A DNA stretch of 64,000 nt from assembly GCA_965232515.1 (NCBI GenBank), contig CBDDPY010000002.1, forward strand, positions 5,280,001 to 5,344,000. Direction: 5' to 3'. Position 1 is the stretch's first letter; each line of letters opens with the position of its first letter. The position numbers were made by a program, and so were the translations under genes. This DNA is from Alphaproteobacteria bacterium. Lineage in GTDB: Bacteria; Pseudomonadota; Alphaproteobacteria; GCA-2731375. Positions 18,634 through 28,959 of the stretch are shown in pieces. Below the pieces are notes generated by a model, which was given only the letters and a program-made list of their open reading frames with translations, was not told the origin of the DNA and ran no database searches.

Positions 18634-21600
18634 CTACGCCGCCGCCACCGCCGCCTGCTCGTTCAACGACACACAGCTGACGGAAGCCCCGAGCGTTGCC
18701 TGTGCGATATCCACGAGATGCTGATGGTGTGTGAAAAACAGCACCTGCGTCTTCTCGGCCAGCTGCCCCAATAGCCGAAACCCGGCTGCCGCCCGGTCAT
18801 CATCGAAGTTGATGAACAGGTCGTCGGCGACGAACGGCAGCGCATCGGCCCGCTCAAGATAGTCCTCGATGGAAGCTACCCGCAGCGCGAGGTAGAGCTG
18901 ATCTCTGGAGCCCGTGCTCATACCGGATACTGATACAACGCTGACATCCGGCCGCACCCCGGTGAGATGGGCATTGTCCTGGTCGTCAAATTCCACGCGC
19001 AGGCTGGCGAACGAACCGCCGGTCACGAGCTGAAACAGCTCCCCGGCGCGCTTGAGCAAGGGCGCCTGCTTTTCCCGGCGGTAGCGGTCAATGGCCCATT
19101 GCAGCAACATGGCGGACGTTTTGACCCGGACGTACCGCTCGGCCACCTCGCCCATTTCAGCAAGCGCTTCTTCCTTGGCTGCGGCAGCCTTGGCGGCGGC
19201 ATCATCGCCGCCGATCGCCTGATATGCCTGCCGAGCCTGCGAGCGAATTTCACCTGCCTCGCCCTGCTGTGTTCTCAAGTCCTTCAATTCGGCATCCAGC
19301 GATTCTTCCTGCGCCGTCACTTCATCGATGACCAGCCCCTCGCACTCGGCTTCAAGCTCTTCAACGGTCTTGCCATCACCATCCTGCTGAAGCTTGTCGA
19401 TGATCTCTTGCCGTTCCTTTCGAAGCGCCCCTTGATTGTCGGACCGTTCGATCGCCGCCTTCAGCTGCGCGTTCTCATCAACGCCTGCGGTCTGCTTGAG
19501 GTGGGAGATGGAAGCCGCCAGCTCCCGCCGCCGACCTTCAAGGGTCTCGATCTGCTCTCTTAGCCCTTCCACGTCCTCGTCCTGCTTTTCCCGCAGACCC
19601 TGAATCCGCTCGGCCTTGTTAAGCCGCGTCTCCAACGTGGCCACGGCATCATCCGGGCCTGCATCAACTAGGTTCGACGCAACAACGGTAACCAGCTCGC
19701 CGACCACTTTCTCGAAGTCGGCAATGTCGCTTTGAATCTTCTCGATGCGGTCGTGCCGCAGTGAGCTGATCCGACCGGCTGTTTCGCGCATCTGGTCGAT
19801 AATGCCGATCTGCGCATCGACGGCTTCGGCGGCGGTATCGGCGGCAAGCCCGAGATCACCAAGCGCGGCAGCCCATTTCTTCTGCCATTCACCCAGCGCC
19901 TTTTCTGCCGCTTCAAGGTCCCGCTCCCGACGCGAAACAAGCTTGTCTGCTTCGGCGATATCCTCTTCGAGCTGGGTCTTCTTATCGGCCTCCGCCTGCC
20001 GAACCCGCAGCTCTTCCGCCGCCCGTTCGACGACAGTGTTCAGCCCATCCTTTTCCAGCGAAGCGATATCAACGCCCAGCGCTGCCAACTCACCAAGCAG
20101 CTGCTGCCGCGCCGCCTGCTCCTCACCACGAGCGGCCTCCAGCGCGCTTTGAGCTTCTTCCCGCACTTCGATGGCCTCTATCACCTCATCGCGGTCCTCA
20201 AGCCATTCCAACATGGTCTCAGGCGCTTCCGGCTCAAACGGCGCCGCAGTCCACAGCGCCGCCCAATCAGCCTTCAGCTGCCTGCCTTCCTCTACAAGCT
20301 TCGTCTCGTTTTCCTGCACCTGCTCGAGATGGGTTTCCTGCTCACCGATCTTGCGCTTGATCTCGGCGATGCGCCCGGCCGCTTCGGCATGGTCGAAGCG
20401 CCGGTCCGCCAGCTCGTCGGCCCTGACGACGGCGGGTTCAAAGGCACCTGCCAAGTCCTCGATCTCATTTTTGTACTGTGCAGCCTGGTCCGCCGGAATC
20501 GGCTGGCCCTCGATATGGTTGAGCTTCACCAGCTGCCATACGGCATCCCGACGCCCGCGTGCGTCTTTCAGCTCTTCGGCGGTAACCACCTGCTCGTCGC
20601 GTACGGCCCGCTCAAGGGCTGTAAGGGCACCGTCCAGCTCCTGCTGAACGGATGCAGCCTGCTGCTGCGTTTCCTTCAGCCGCCGCTGCCAGTCATCCTG
20701 CTTTTCATGTTGGGCCTGCACCTTCGCCCGAGCCGGCACGGTCATCTCCGTCAGCGCCGGTTCATCTTCAACACCGGGGTCGAGCGCACCAAGCCGCCGG
20801 CTTACCCGACCCCTGGCGTTCTTCAATCCCTCATCCGCAGCACGTACCCGCCCGGCAATGTCTCCCTGCTCGCGGACGGTCTTCAGGGCAATGGCCAGCC
20901 GGGACACGTCGGCAGGCTCACCGGTCTCGGCAAGCTCGTCCTTCAGTCCCACATGCTCTTCTTTCGCTTCTGCTAGCAACTGGGCCTTGCTGCCAACATC
21001 ACTCTCCAACTCACCCTTTTGATTCAGAAGAGACCGCACGACACTGACCTTCGGCCGCGGCGGAATGCGCTCGATCAGAGCAGCTGAATCTTCATCCCGC
21101 CAGCCAAGCTCGGCGGCATCGCCTTTCAGCTCGTTTTCAGCGGCATGAAGCTCGGCCTCGCGCTTGGGCAGGTCTGCCTTTTCACCGCGAATCTCGATAC
21201 GCCGCTCGCACACCTGGCGCACATCCGCTGCCCGCTGGATGATGGTCTCGTCGAATGTCAGCTTTCCCAGCGCCTCTTTGGCGCCCTGTAACTGCTCCTT
21301 CAACGTGCCGATACGTGCGTCTATCCCAGCGTCCTTACGCTCCGCCTCGACGACAAGCTCGGCTGCATCCTCGGGGAGGGCGATGACGTCCCCAAGGGCA
21401 TCAATTAGCCCGTCCAGCTCTTGCTTGCGCCGCACATCGCGAAACACCCGCCGTATCCGGCTCAGGCGGTTGCGCGTGGTCGTCGCTTCACTGATCGCCT
21501 CATCAATTTCGCCGTAAGCCTCTTCGGCCTCTTCATAGGTCTTCTTCAGCTCCCGCCATTTTGCGGCGCTGAGGGTGTGCTCGCGCAGCTCCTTCGTGGC

Positions 21601-22185
21601 CTCGCCAAGCTTGTCTTCGGCGATGTAGAACTTGCGGTGCTTGGCCCGCCGCGCGCTCCAAAGGTCATCCGCCTCGTCCGCAAGCTGGGTCAAGCGCTCC
21701 CGCAATCCCCCGATACCGGCACCGGCGGCGAACAGCGCCTGGCCGACGTCGTCCTTGGCCTCCAGGATTTCCCGGCCGCCGGCTTCAAGGCGTGTGTGAT
21801 CAAGGCAGAACATGCGCTCGAAGAACGTGCGATCGGCCCCGGCAAGGTAAGGCCGCAACACGCCTTCTCCGCCGGGAACAGGCGTGCCCTGCGGCCCCAG
21901 CAGCGTGTCCTTGTTGCCTTTGCGGCGCAGCACCTCCAGCGTATCCGCGCCGTTTTCCAGAACGGCGCCGATGCGCATGTCCTTGTAGTCATGCAGGAAG
22001 CCGTAGGGCGAGTGCATGGGGATGTCGAACAGAAGATCCTCGATCGCGGAGAGCGCCGTGGACTTACCGGCCTCGTTCGGCCCGAAGACGATGTGGAAGT
22101 CGGACTTGCCGGCAGGCAGCTCAAGCGACCTGTCGGTGAAGTGGCCGTAGCGCAGCAGATCAAGACGTCTTACCCGCACGCTCAA
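18634..22185 (-). CDS. YhaN-family SMC/Rad50-like ATPase (AAA_27)
   Basis: YGHF, GPNEAGKST, long coiled coil, MSTGSRDQLYLALR, DDLFINFDDDR and FFTHH. Confidence 0.9.
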   Translation of the reverse strand: MSVRVRRLDLLRYGHFTDRSLELPAGKSDFHIVFGPNEAGKSTALSAIEDLLFDIPMHSPYGFLHDYKDMRIGAVLENGADTLEVLRRKGNKDTLLGPQGTPVPGGEGVLRPYLAGADRTFFERMFCLDHTRLEAGGREILEAKDDVGQALFAAGAGIGGLRERLTQLADEADDLWSARRAKHRKFYIAEDKLGEATKELREHTLSAAKWRELKKTYEEAEEAYGEIDEAISEATTTRNRLSRIRRVFRDVRRKQELDGLIDALGDVIALPEDAAELVVEAERKDAGIDARIGTLKEQLQGAKEALGKLTFDETIIQRAADVRQVCERRIEIRGEKADLPKREAELHAAENELKGDAAELGWRDEDSAALIERIPPRPKVSVVRSLLNQKGELESDVGSKAQLLAEAKEEHVGLKDELAETGEPADVSRLAIALKTVREQGDIAGRVRAADEGLKNARGRVSRRLGALDPGVEDEPALTEMTVPARAKVQAQHEKQDDWQRRLKETQQQAASVQQELDGALTALERAVRDEQVVTAEELKDARGRRDAVWQLVKLNHIEGQPIPADQAAQYKNEIEDLAGAFEPAVVRADELADRRFDHAEAAGRIAEIKRKIGEQETHLEQVQENETKLVEEGRQLKADWAALWTAAPFEPEAPETMLEWLEDRDEVIEAIEVREEAQSALEAARGEEQAARQQLLGELAALGVDIASLEKDGLNTVVERAAEELRVRQAEADKKTQLEEDIAEADKLVSRRERDLEAAEKALGEWQKKWAAALGDLGLAADTAAEAVDAQIGIIDQMRETAGRISSLRHDRIEKIQSDIADFEKVVGELVTVVASNLVDAGPDDAVATLETRLNKAERIQGLREKQDEDVEGLREQIETLEGRRRELAASISHLKQTAGVDENAQLKAAIERSDNQGALRKERQEIIDKLQQDGDGKTVEELEAECEGLVIDEVTAQEESLDAELKDLRTQQGEAGEIRSQARQAYQAIGGDDAAAKAAAAKEEALAEMGEVAERYVRVKTSAMLLQWAIDRYRREKQAPLLKRAGELFQLVTGGSFASLRVEFDDQDNAHLTGVRPDVSVVSVSGMSTGSRDQLYLALRVASIEDYLERADALPFVADDLFINFDDDRAAAGFRLLGQLAEKTQVLFFTHHQHLVDIAQATLGASVSCVSLNEQAAVAAA

Positions 22186-23456
22186 TCCTCCTGCGCTGTG
22201 AGCCGTGCGGACAGATAGGGCGAGACCTCGGTCATAAGCGCGGCATAGTCACCGTCAATAGCGGCCTTTAGGATACTGTCGTCAATATCGCCGCGCACTT
22301 CGTGGGGCAGCTGGCGCACGAGCTTGCCGATGTCGTCCTCTATCTGCGCCAGCAGGGCCGTATCGCCACTCGCCTCCTGCAACAGCCGCTGTAGTTCACC
22401 GATGGCGTCTTCGCGCTGGGCCAGGGTATGCGCATCGCTTTCCGGCTCGGTGTTGATGACCACCTTCTCCACCCAGGCAACTTCATCACCAAGGCCAAGC
22501 GCACCGGCACGGGCGTCGGCCAGCAGCCGGTCTTCGGACGCGACAAGCTGATCGTGAACGACCGTGCGTGCTTCAAGCTGGATGCGGCAGGCCAGAAGCC
22601 GCCCGTCGGCCTCATTGGCGACGGCGGACGCCACGGCATCGCGGATGCGATCGGTCACATCACCGACGTTATCGATATCCTTGAGAGAAACGGACAGGAC
22701 CGCCCAACGCACCACGTCACAGGGTACTGTCGTCAACTCAACGATTTCACCGTCTTCCACAGTGACGAGAGCTGCTCCCTTGGCCCCAGTCTCCCGCGCG
22801 TGCCGGCCCTGAAGATTGCCGGGGAAGACGACATGGGGCTTTTCGCGCAACACGCTTGCCTGATGCACGTGTCCCAGCGCCCAGTAGTCGTAGCCCTTGT
22901 TGGTCAGGTCTTCGAGTGCGCACGGGGCGTAGTTTTCATGGCCGCCCATGCCGCCAAGGCCCGTGTGCAGCACACCGATGTTGAAGGCCCCCGAAACCGG
23001 GCCGGGATAGTCGGGCACAAGGTTGTCGGTAACATCGCGCTGCCGGAAGCTCTGTCCGTGCAGCGCGACCTTCAGCTCGTCGAGCGCAAAGGTATCCGGC
23101 TTGCGCGTGCCGAAGACATGCACGTTTTCGGGCAGGTCGAGCCGCCGGGTGATCTGGCTTGCGGCATCATGGTTGCCGTGCAGCAGGTAGACCGGGATAC
23201 CTTCCTTATTGAGCCGCCCCATCTGGGCGGCGAAGAACAGCCCGGTCTTATAGTCGCGCCAGTCTCCGTCATACAGGTCACCGGCGATGATCAGGAAATC
23301 GAGGTTTTCCTCGACCACCAGCCCGACAAGCGTATCCAGTGCCTCACGGGTCGCCGTGCGCACCCGTTCGACGAGGTTGCCTTCTTGGCTGGCAAGGCCC
23401 CTGAGCGGGCTGTCGAGATGAATGTCGGCGGCATGCAGAAAGCGGAAGGATGTCAT
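22182..23456 (-). CDS. YhaO-family Mre11/SbcD-like DNA nuclease (metallophosphoesterase)
   Basis: HAADIHLDSP, AGDLYD, GNHD, YWALGHVH and PGNLQGR; overlaps the yhaN-like start. Confidence 0.92.
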   Translation of the reverse strand: MTSFRFLHAADIHLDSPLRGLASQEGNLVERVRTATREALDTLVGLVVEENLDFLIIAGDLYDGDWRDYKTGLFFAAQMGRLNKEGIPVYLLHGNHDAASQITRRLDLPENVHVFGTRKPDTFALDELKVALHGQSFRQRDVTDNLVPDYPGPVSGAFNIGVLHTGLGGMGGHENYAPCALEDLTNKGYDYWALGHVHQASVLREKPHVVFPGNLQGRHARETGAKGAALVTVEDGEIVELTTVPCDVVRWAVLSVSLKDIDNVGDVTDRIRDAVASAVANEADGRLLACRIQLEARTVVHDQLVASEDRLLADARAGALGLGDEVAWVEKVVINTEPESDAHTLAQREDAIGELQRLLQEASGDTALLAQIEDDIGKLVRQLPHEVRGDIDDSILKAAIDGDYAALMTEVSPYLSARLTAQED

Positions 23457-23554
23457 TACATCCTCCTGTTCATTTGCTTGTTTATTGCCGCATTAGTTCG
23501 TCTCATACGAGCACGGTACCAGTCGATGCGATATAGCAGCAAGAAAAAGGCGGC

Positions 23555-24460
23555 CTATGCGGCCGCCTCCGTCGTCTCCTGCAAGCCGTCGAGATAATCG
23601 ACCGCCTGACTGGCCTTGCAGGCGGCGGTGAAGATCGCCTTCTTATCGCCCTTCATGATCCGCAGCCAGTGGTCGATGTAGGCGGCGTGATCATCACGCG
23701 GCGTCGCCGTGATACCGAGCGCTGCACATAGAAAAGCTGAACCAAGCTCGGCCACCAGTTCCTCGGCTGCATAGGCGCCGTCGCCGAAGCGCTTGCCGAA
23801 TTGCCGGTCACAGCGCTTGAGCGGTCCGGTCCAGTGCGTCAGCTCGTGAAGCAATGTGCCGTAGTAAGCTTCGGTTGCGCTGCTGCTGTCAGACCCGACG
23901 AATCGCTCGCGGTCGGGCAGCTGGATGAAATCATCGCCCGGACGATAGAACGCCCGCGTCCCGCCATGACGGATGTCGGCGCCGGTGCTCCGCACGAAGC
24001 TCTCGGCATTCTCGTCGATCTCCACCGGGTCCTTCGGCTCGGGCAGATCGACCTCGTAGCCGTCGACCTGATCGGTGTTGAAGACCCGGCTTGCGCGGGC
24101 GAACAACCGCTTGCCATTTACGACTTCGCCGTCGTCGTTTTCGCCTTCGATCTCGAACTCCTTGTAGAAGACGACGAGAGAGGATTTCTCACCCTTGCGG
24201 ACCTGGCAGGCCATATTTTGCCACTGACGATAGGTGCCCCACGTGCCGGACGAAAAGCCGCGGACCTCGGACGCTGCCCACAGGGCCACGATGTTGACGC
24301 CGCGATAGTGGTTGCCGGTGTCGATGTTGACAGGGCGGTTGAGGCCGCTGCCCGCGCGGTGCCACGGCATCTGCCACTGGCCTGCGCCGTTTTCGATGGC
24401 GGCGATGATGGTATCGGTCACCTGCTGGTAGACGTCGGTGCGATTGGTTGCACTCATCAT
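23555..24460 (-). CDS. ardC: Antirestriction protein ArdC (ssDNA-binding plus zincin-like domain)
   Basis: W.MPW, YRGVN, TYRQW, VRKGEK, HELTHWTG, YAAEELVAELGS and YIDHW. Confidence 0.93.
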   Translation of the reverse strand: MMSATNRTDVYQQVTDTIIAAIENGAGQWQMPWHRAGSGLNRPVNIDTGNHYRGVNIVALWAASEVRGFSSGTWGTYRQWQNMACQVRKGEKSSLVVFYKEFEIEGENDDGEVVNGKRLFARASRVFNTDQVDGYEVDLPEPKDPVEIDENAESFVRSTGADIRHGGTRAFYRPGDDFIQLPDRERFVGSDSSSATEAYYGTLLHELTHWTGPLKRCDRQFGKRFGDGAYAAEELVAELGSAFLCAALGITATPRDDHAAYIDHWLRIMKGDKKAIFTAACKASQAVDYLDGLQETTEAAA

Positions 24461-25372
24461 TCTCTCCTTGCCGTTGCTCCGGCCGCCCCATGCGGCCTTC
24501 TGACGGCAACCGGAGAGACGACGGCTCAGCCGGGCGGCAACACCCGAAGGGCCGCAACGGAGTGGAGGATTGGCGTAGACCGCCTTTTTGGAGCGCAGCG
24601 ATCGCGAGGAAGGTCGAAGGCCGGGGAAAAAGGCGCACGAAGCCTATTGCGCCGAACGGCGCCGGCGTCAGGTTTGCCGATTTGAAGAAGGACGCGGGGC
24701 GTGCTGGGTCAGTGAACGCATGGTTGGAGAGCCAGCGCCCAATTCGTCACGATCGACGAAGAAGAAGGGCCGGAATTAGTCGCATGTCCGATCGATATTC
24801 AGGAGATGGTCATTGCCTGGGACGGTCCGTCCCGACCACAGCGATCAAATACCGACGACCGGTACAAATGGCTCGACGGGGCCTGACGACAAATCCCCCG
24901 CTGGACGGGGGCAAATGCAGCCGACTCCAATAAGACTCGCTTTGCACAGGTTCCCAATGTTCTGGTAACCGGTCCAGGTGGTGCCGCAGAATGCGTAGGT
25001 CGTACCATTTTCTTCAATCTGCCCCATCTGCCTGTCCCAGAAAAGAAAGCTTTCCCGGTCCTGGTTAGAGAAGATGGTGTGGCCGCCTGTCGAACATTCG
25101 CCGGGATTGTCACCTCGGAGCTGGGATCCAATACACCAGTCATTGTCAGCACCAGTACACCCCGTGCTTGCACAGGTTTGGGACGACGTTCTGGACCAAC
25201 TCTGATAATGAGTTCGCATTTGTCAATGACAGACGCGTAGCGTTCTTGGGCACTGGCGACGAAAATCAGCAGGGTATCTATATCGAAAACGGAGACACGC
25301 TCGAGAGATTGATCGAGAAGTCTATGGAGCTGGACAACAAAATTATCTCGGATCGTATGTTTCGTGGTTTGA

Positions 25373-25680
25373 CGCCACATCGTTTGGTTCGCCCCCGACC
25401 GCGAAAACGAGCCCTGGACCCGTATCGGAGCGCAGTGGCCGCCGAAGAACGGCAAAGGCTTCCGGCAGGTGCTCAACGTCATCCCGATCGCGCCGGGTCG
25501 GATCTTCGTCCGCCCCAACGAGCCGAACACCGGAGCAGCCGCTTGAGGCGGCTCCACAACTCCGGAGGACCACGCCATGAGCCTCAAGGACACCTTCCGC
25601 CAACTCGCCCAATCGTCCTGATCCGGAACTGCAAATGGAACGGCGTGCGGATCGAAATCCGCTACCGTCCCTGCTGTTAC
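25373..25680 (+). pseudogene. Decayed, inverted relics of leading-region genes
   Basis: The start-less frame 25373-25546 (WTRIGAQWPPKNGKGF) resembles the 28714-28959 protein; WNGVRIEIRY at 25636-25665 resembles WRGIRIEVRY of 28002-28325. Confidence 0.6.
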
Positions 25681-25873
25681 TCTGTTTCCTCGAGATTAAC
25701 GGAAAGTCATATCGCCTCGCCCAGAGCAAAGCACGTAAACTGGGCTGACGACCCCCCAGAAATAAAGGAGGCACGGGTGCGCTCTAAACTCTTGCGGTCA
25801 GCGCGCCCTTAGCGCCGGCTGCAACGACGCGCCTCGCAATGGCCGGAAATCAGGGTGCCCAGATGGTCGGGTT

Positions 25874-27700
25874 TTACTGCGCCATTGACAGATATTCGGA
25901 ACACAGATTTTCAATTATCCAGGTTCGCTGGTTTCCCCATTCCTTTGCAGCAATTCTCCTGTCTAAATGCGCATTCCTGTTTGTCGGCTCTTCGGCCCAA
26001 TAGGCGTAATCCAGCCAGCGAGACACTCGATAAGTTACATCTGGTCGAAAGTCCTCCCATTCTGCCACTTTTTTGGCAACCTCCGGCCGGATTACATATG
26101 AATCTTTGCGATAGTGTTTGAGAAATTCAGCTACCTTCAGGGCTGTTTGTCCTCCCATTGCAAAAACCAAATCGTGACCCCATTTTTCAAACAGGAGTTT
26201 CTTAAACTCATTGTCAAGATTATCTTGATCCAGATCTCTATAGATGAGGCCCTCATCAGCTGGATCTATGATAGGACCAGTCATGTGATTTGCTTCTCGT
26301 TGAGAGTCGTACCTTGTCTTTTGTTGGTCGCCTACACTCTCTAAAGCAAACCTTTCAACAAACGCAGATCTAAACTCCTTACACATTTTTGCCAGTACCG
26401 CCTTCGATGCGGCATTAATATTGTTTGCTTTAGTCCAATCTATGGGTTCGACGCTCCAAAGCCGAAGTTTCATGCATTCATCGATTAAATTTCCGTCTTT
26501 GTCTAAGGGCTGAGTTGACTGGTAGCACTTTGCGCCAAAGCCCTCCAGTTTTAGAAGCATTTCTTTAAGTTCATCCCGCTTGGCTTTAATTTCTTGCCTG
26601 AATTCGACAATATCTGTGTTAGAGATCGAAACTGTCGCGTTGAAGATTGAACTCAGCCTTTCGACCTGATTGTTAAGCCGCCTATGCGCCTTCAAGCCAG
26701 CCTTGACCGCCTCGTCCTGGAGGCTGGATCGAGAAAACTTCGCAGCGCCAGCCAATTGGACTTCAGTTGGCCAAACCTTCTTCTCTTTGTCGAATATCGT
26801 GTCGACTATCGTCAGTTGATGGTTCCTTGCTGCAGACGTGTAAATATTCAATTCTTTGATATGATTTGACAAGGCGTTTCTCACCGCACCAAAATCTTCA
26901 TAGTCATTGGAAATTCCCGAAACAACATCTATGCTATTCGCACCTATGAAGTACCCATAAGCTGATACAGACGCGATCTTTGATAGTTTATTAAGAAAGC
27001 TTGAAAAGTCACGTCTTACCTTTCCACTGAAACTTGCGCCCTTTGCGTGGGCAGACATGCTTTCCTCAACTTCACTTATGATTTGATTAGAGATGTTTCT
27101 TGCCGAATAAACTGCGACGACAAGCGCAAACCGGTTTTGACTCGAGACAAAATGTGTACCGCATTTACTGTAAAATTCGTCCGGGCTTTCTGAATTTTTG
27201 AGTGCGGCCTTTCCTAATTCCGTAAGCTCTATCTCCGAGGCAATAACGTCCCCAAAATCAATGTCTGCAAAGAGCATCCAGTGGAGGGAGTCGGAATGAA
27301 AATCTAAATGATCAAATGTTGATTGAGAATAATTAAAGCCTCCCGAGACCGCACCAAATTTAGCATTGGCCTTTGCGGAAATACTTTCTGATACTGTGGA
27401 TATCAAATCTTGTTCGCTGGATATTTTTTTCAATCTAAACAGAGCGCTCTCAATCGGGTTCTTTAAAAGCGACTTATCAATTTTTTCCCCATTTATCTTT
27501 ATTGTTTGAATTTTGTCAGCTAAAGCTGGGATATGACTGAAGCAAAGCGTCGGATTTATTGAGATATTCCGATAATCAACACCTTGACCAAGATATACTT
27601 TTTTTGTCGGCATATATCCATCAATGCTATCAGCATATGCGGAACAACTTGCCAAGATAGACAAATAAACTAATTGGCGGAGTTTGGACTTTTTCAACAT
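25874..27700 (-). CDS. Secreted low-GC protein, possibly MACPF-like
   Basis: Signal peptide MLKKSKLRQLVYLSILASCSAYA, LGQGVD, Ser/Ala/Gly-rich strand region and FYSKCGTHFVSS; strongly AT-rich. Confidence 0.55.
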   Translation of the reverse strand: MLKKSKLRQLVYLSILASCSAYADSIDGYMPTKKVYLGQGVDYRNISINPTLCFSHIPALADKIQTIKINGEKIDKSLLKNPIESALFRLKKISSEQDLISTVSESISAKANAKFGAVSGGFNYSQSTFDHLDFHSDSLHWMLFADIDFGDVIASEIELTELGKAALKNSESPDEFYSKCGTHFVSSQNRFALVVAVYSARNISNQIISEVEESMSAHAKGASFSGKVRRDFSSFLNKLSKIASVSAYGYFIGANSIDVVSGISNDYEDFGAVRNALSNHIKELNIYTSAARNHQLTIVDTIFDKEKKVWPTEVQLAGAAKFSRSSLQDEAVKAGLKAHRRLNNQVERLSSIFNATVSISNTDIVEFRQEIKAKRDELKEMLLKLEGFGAKCYQSTQPLDKDGNLIDECMKLRLWSVEPIDWTKANNINAASKAVLAKMCKEFRSAFVERFALESVGDQQKTRYDSQREANHMTGPIIDPADEGLIYRDLDQDNLDNEFKKLLFEKWGHDLVFAMGGQTALKVAEFLKHYRKDSYVIRPEVAKKVAEWEDFRPDVTYRVSRWLDYAYWAEEPTNRNAHLDRRIAAKEWGNQRTWIIENLCSEYLSMAQ

Positions 27701-28001
27701 CGAACTACCCTCCAAGTCTGTGCGATTCTAATGTAGATACGCACGTTGCTGATGAAATTTGAGGCGCAGTACGAGGTGCTGGAGGCGTTGGTCACCAAGT
27801 TGAATGAAACCACCACGCTGGTGGAAAACATGGAGATCTGTATGGACGCATCGCAGCATTACGACCGTAAAGAAAACCGACTTGTATTTCAATAAAAAGA
27901 AGGCGCTCCCCATGTTTGGCTCCCCTTGCCATCTGTTCGTCTTATGGGGCGTATACAAACTGCTGACTGACGTTTCTTGACACATGCTGGAAGCGCACCA
28001 G

Positions 28002-28325
28002 TCAGAACAGCGTCATCTGCCGATTCCGAGCCTCCTGCTCGATCCAAACGTCGCCCTCGGCCGCCTTGTCCAAAGCCTCGCGGATGTAATCCGCAGGCCC
28101 GCCGGCGGCCTCAATGTTCGCTGCTGGCTCAAAATGAGACAGGCACCCTGTCTCGGTGAGCGGCAATGGAGAACGCGCCGGCTCGACGCTCGTGATTTCG
28201 ATGTGCGCCATCGCCGTGCCGAACACGTCACGATAAGCTTTCGACCAATCGGCACAGTAGCGCACTTCGATGCGAATGCCGCGCCAGTCGAGGTGATGCA
28301 CCTCGCAAGGGTGGGAGGTGGTCAT
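28002..28325 (-). CDS. Conserved hypothetical protein of mobile elements
   Basis: ATG overlaps the DUF2958 stop (ATGA); WRGIRIEVRY and PLPLTETG motifs. Confidence 0.65.
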   Translation of the reverse strand: MTTSHPCEVHHLDWRGIRIEVRYCADWSKAYRDVFGTAMAHIEITSVEPARSPLPLTETGCLSHFEPAANIEAAGGPADYIREALDKAAEGDVWIEQEARNRQMTLF

Positions 28326-28681
28326 GCGACCACCTTCCCTTTGGAGCGCGCCTCGTTCGCATAGGCCGACAGAGGTTTGTCGGCTTCGAAGTAGCGGTCG
28401 CGCTCGATGCCGAGGCCGTACGGGAGCCGCACACTCGCCAGCTCGCTGATGCGGACGGAGCCAAGCTCCGGGGTGCCGAAGCCGAGGTCGCACAGACCGA
28501 AGGCGATGTCGGTATCGTCCGGGTCCAGTTCGGTCAGCAGCCAGGTGGCCGCACCGACCGGGTTAAACAGTTTCACGACGGGTCGATGGTCTAAAGGCTC
28601 GAGGCTCTCCATCAACCGCTCGTGATTGATGCGTCCGTTGCGCAGCAGCTTTCGACGGATTTCCTGTGTCAGCAGTTTCAT
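28322..28681 (-). CDS. DUF2958 domain protein
   Basis: PVVKLFNP.GAATWLLTELD, FGLCDLGFG.PELGSV and IERD.YF. Confidence 0.88.
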   Translation of the reverse strand: MKLLTQEIRRKLLRNGRINHERLMESLEPLDHRPVVKLFNPVGAATWLLTELDPDDTDIAFGLCDLGFGTPELGSVRISELASVRLPYGLGIERDRYFEADKPLSAYANEARSKGKVVA

Positions 28682-28713
28682 CGCTGATTCTCCTATTGGG
28701 AGAGCGCGAGGGG

Positions 28714-28959
28714 CTATTGCCCCCCGGCTCCCGTGTCGTTGTCGAAGTCCGTCGGCATGCGCAGGGTCAGCTTGCCGTCGAATCTGATCGGCATGGCCTT
28801 CAGCTGGACGTTGAGGCCGTTGCCGTCCTCGTGCATCCAGGCTGCGCCGATGCGGTTCCACTGGTTGGACTTGCCGTTTCCGCGTTCCTCTACATGGAAG
28901 ACGATGAAGTCCGGGTTGTTGGTGGCCTTGTTGCCGCCAGTCTTGCGTTTGGTCGCCAT
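28714..28959 (-). CDS. Small leading-region protein (DUF736-like fold suspected)
   Basis: WNRIGAAWMHEDGNGLNVQL; GGAGAG RBS. Confidence 0.65.
   Translation of the reverse strand: MATKRKTGGNKATNNPDFIVFHVEERGNGKSNQWNRIGAAWMHEDGNGLNVQLKAMPIRFDGKLTLRMPTDFDNDTGAGGQ

Noticed and set aside
24845-25219. Cys-rich minus-strand ORF as a real gene
   Set aside because: No clear RBS or recognisable family, and it lies in a fragmented region; it may be a remnant but cannot be supported.
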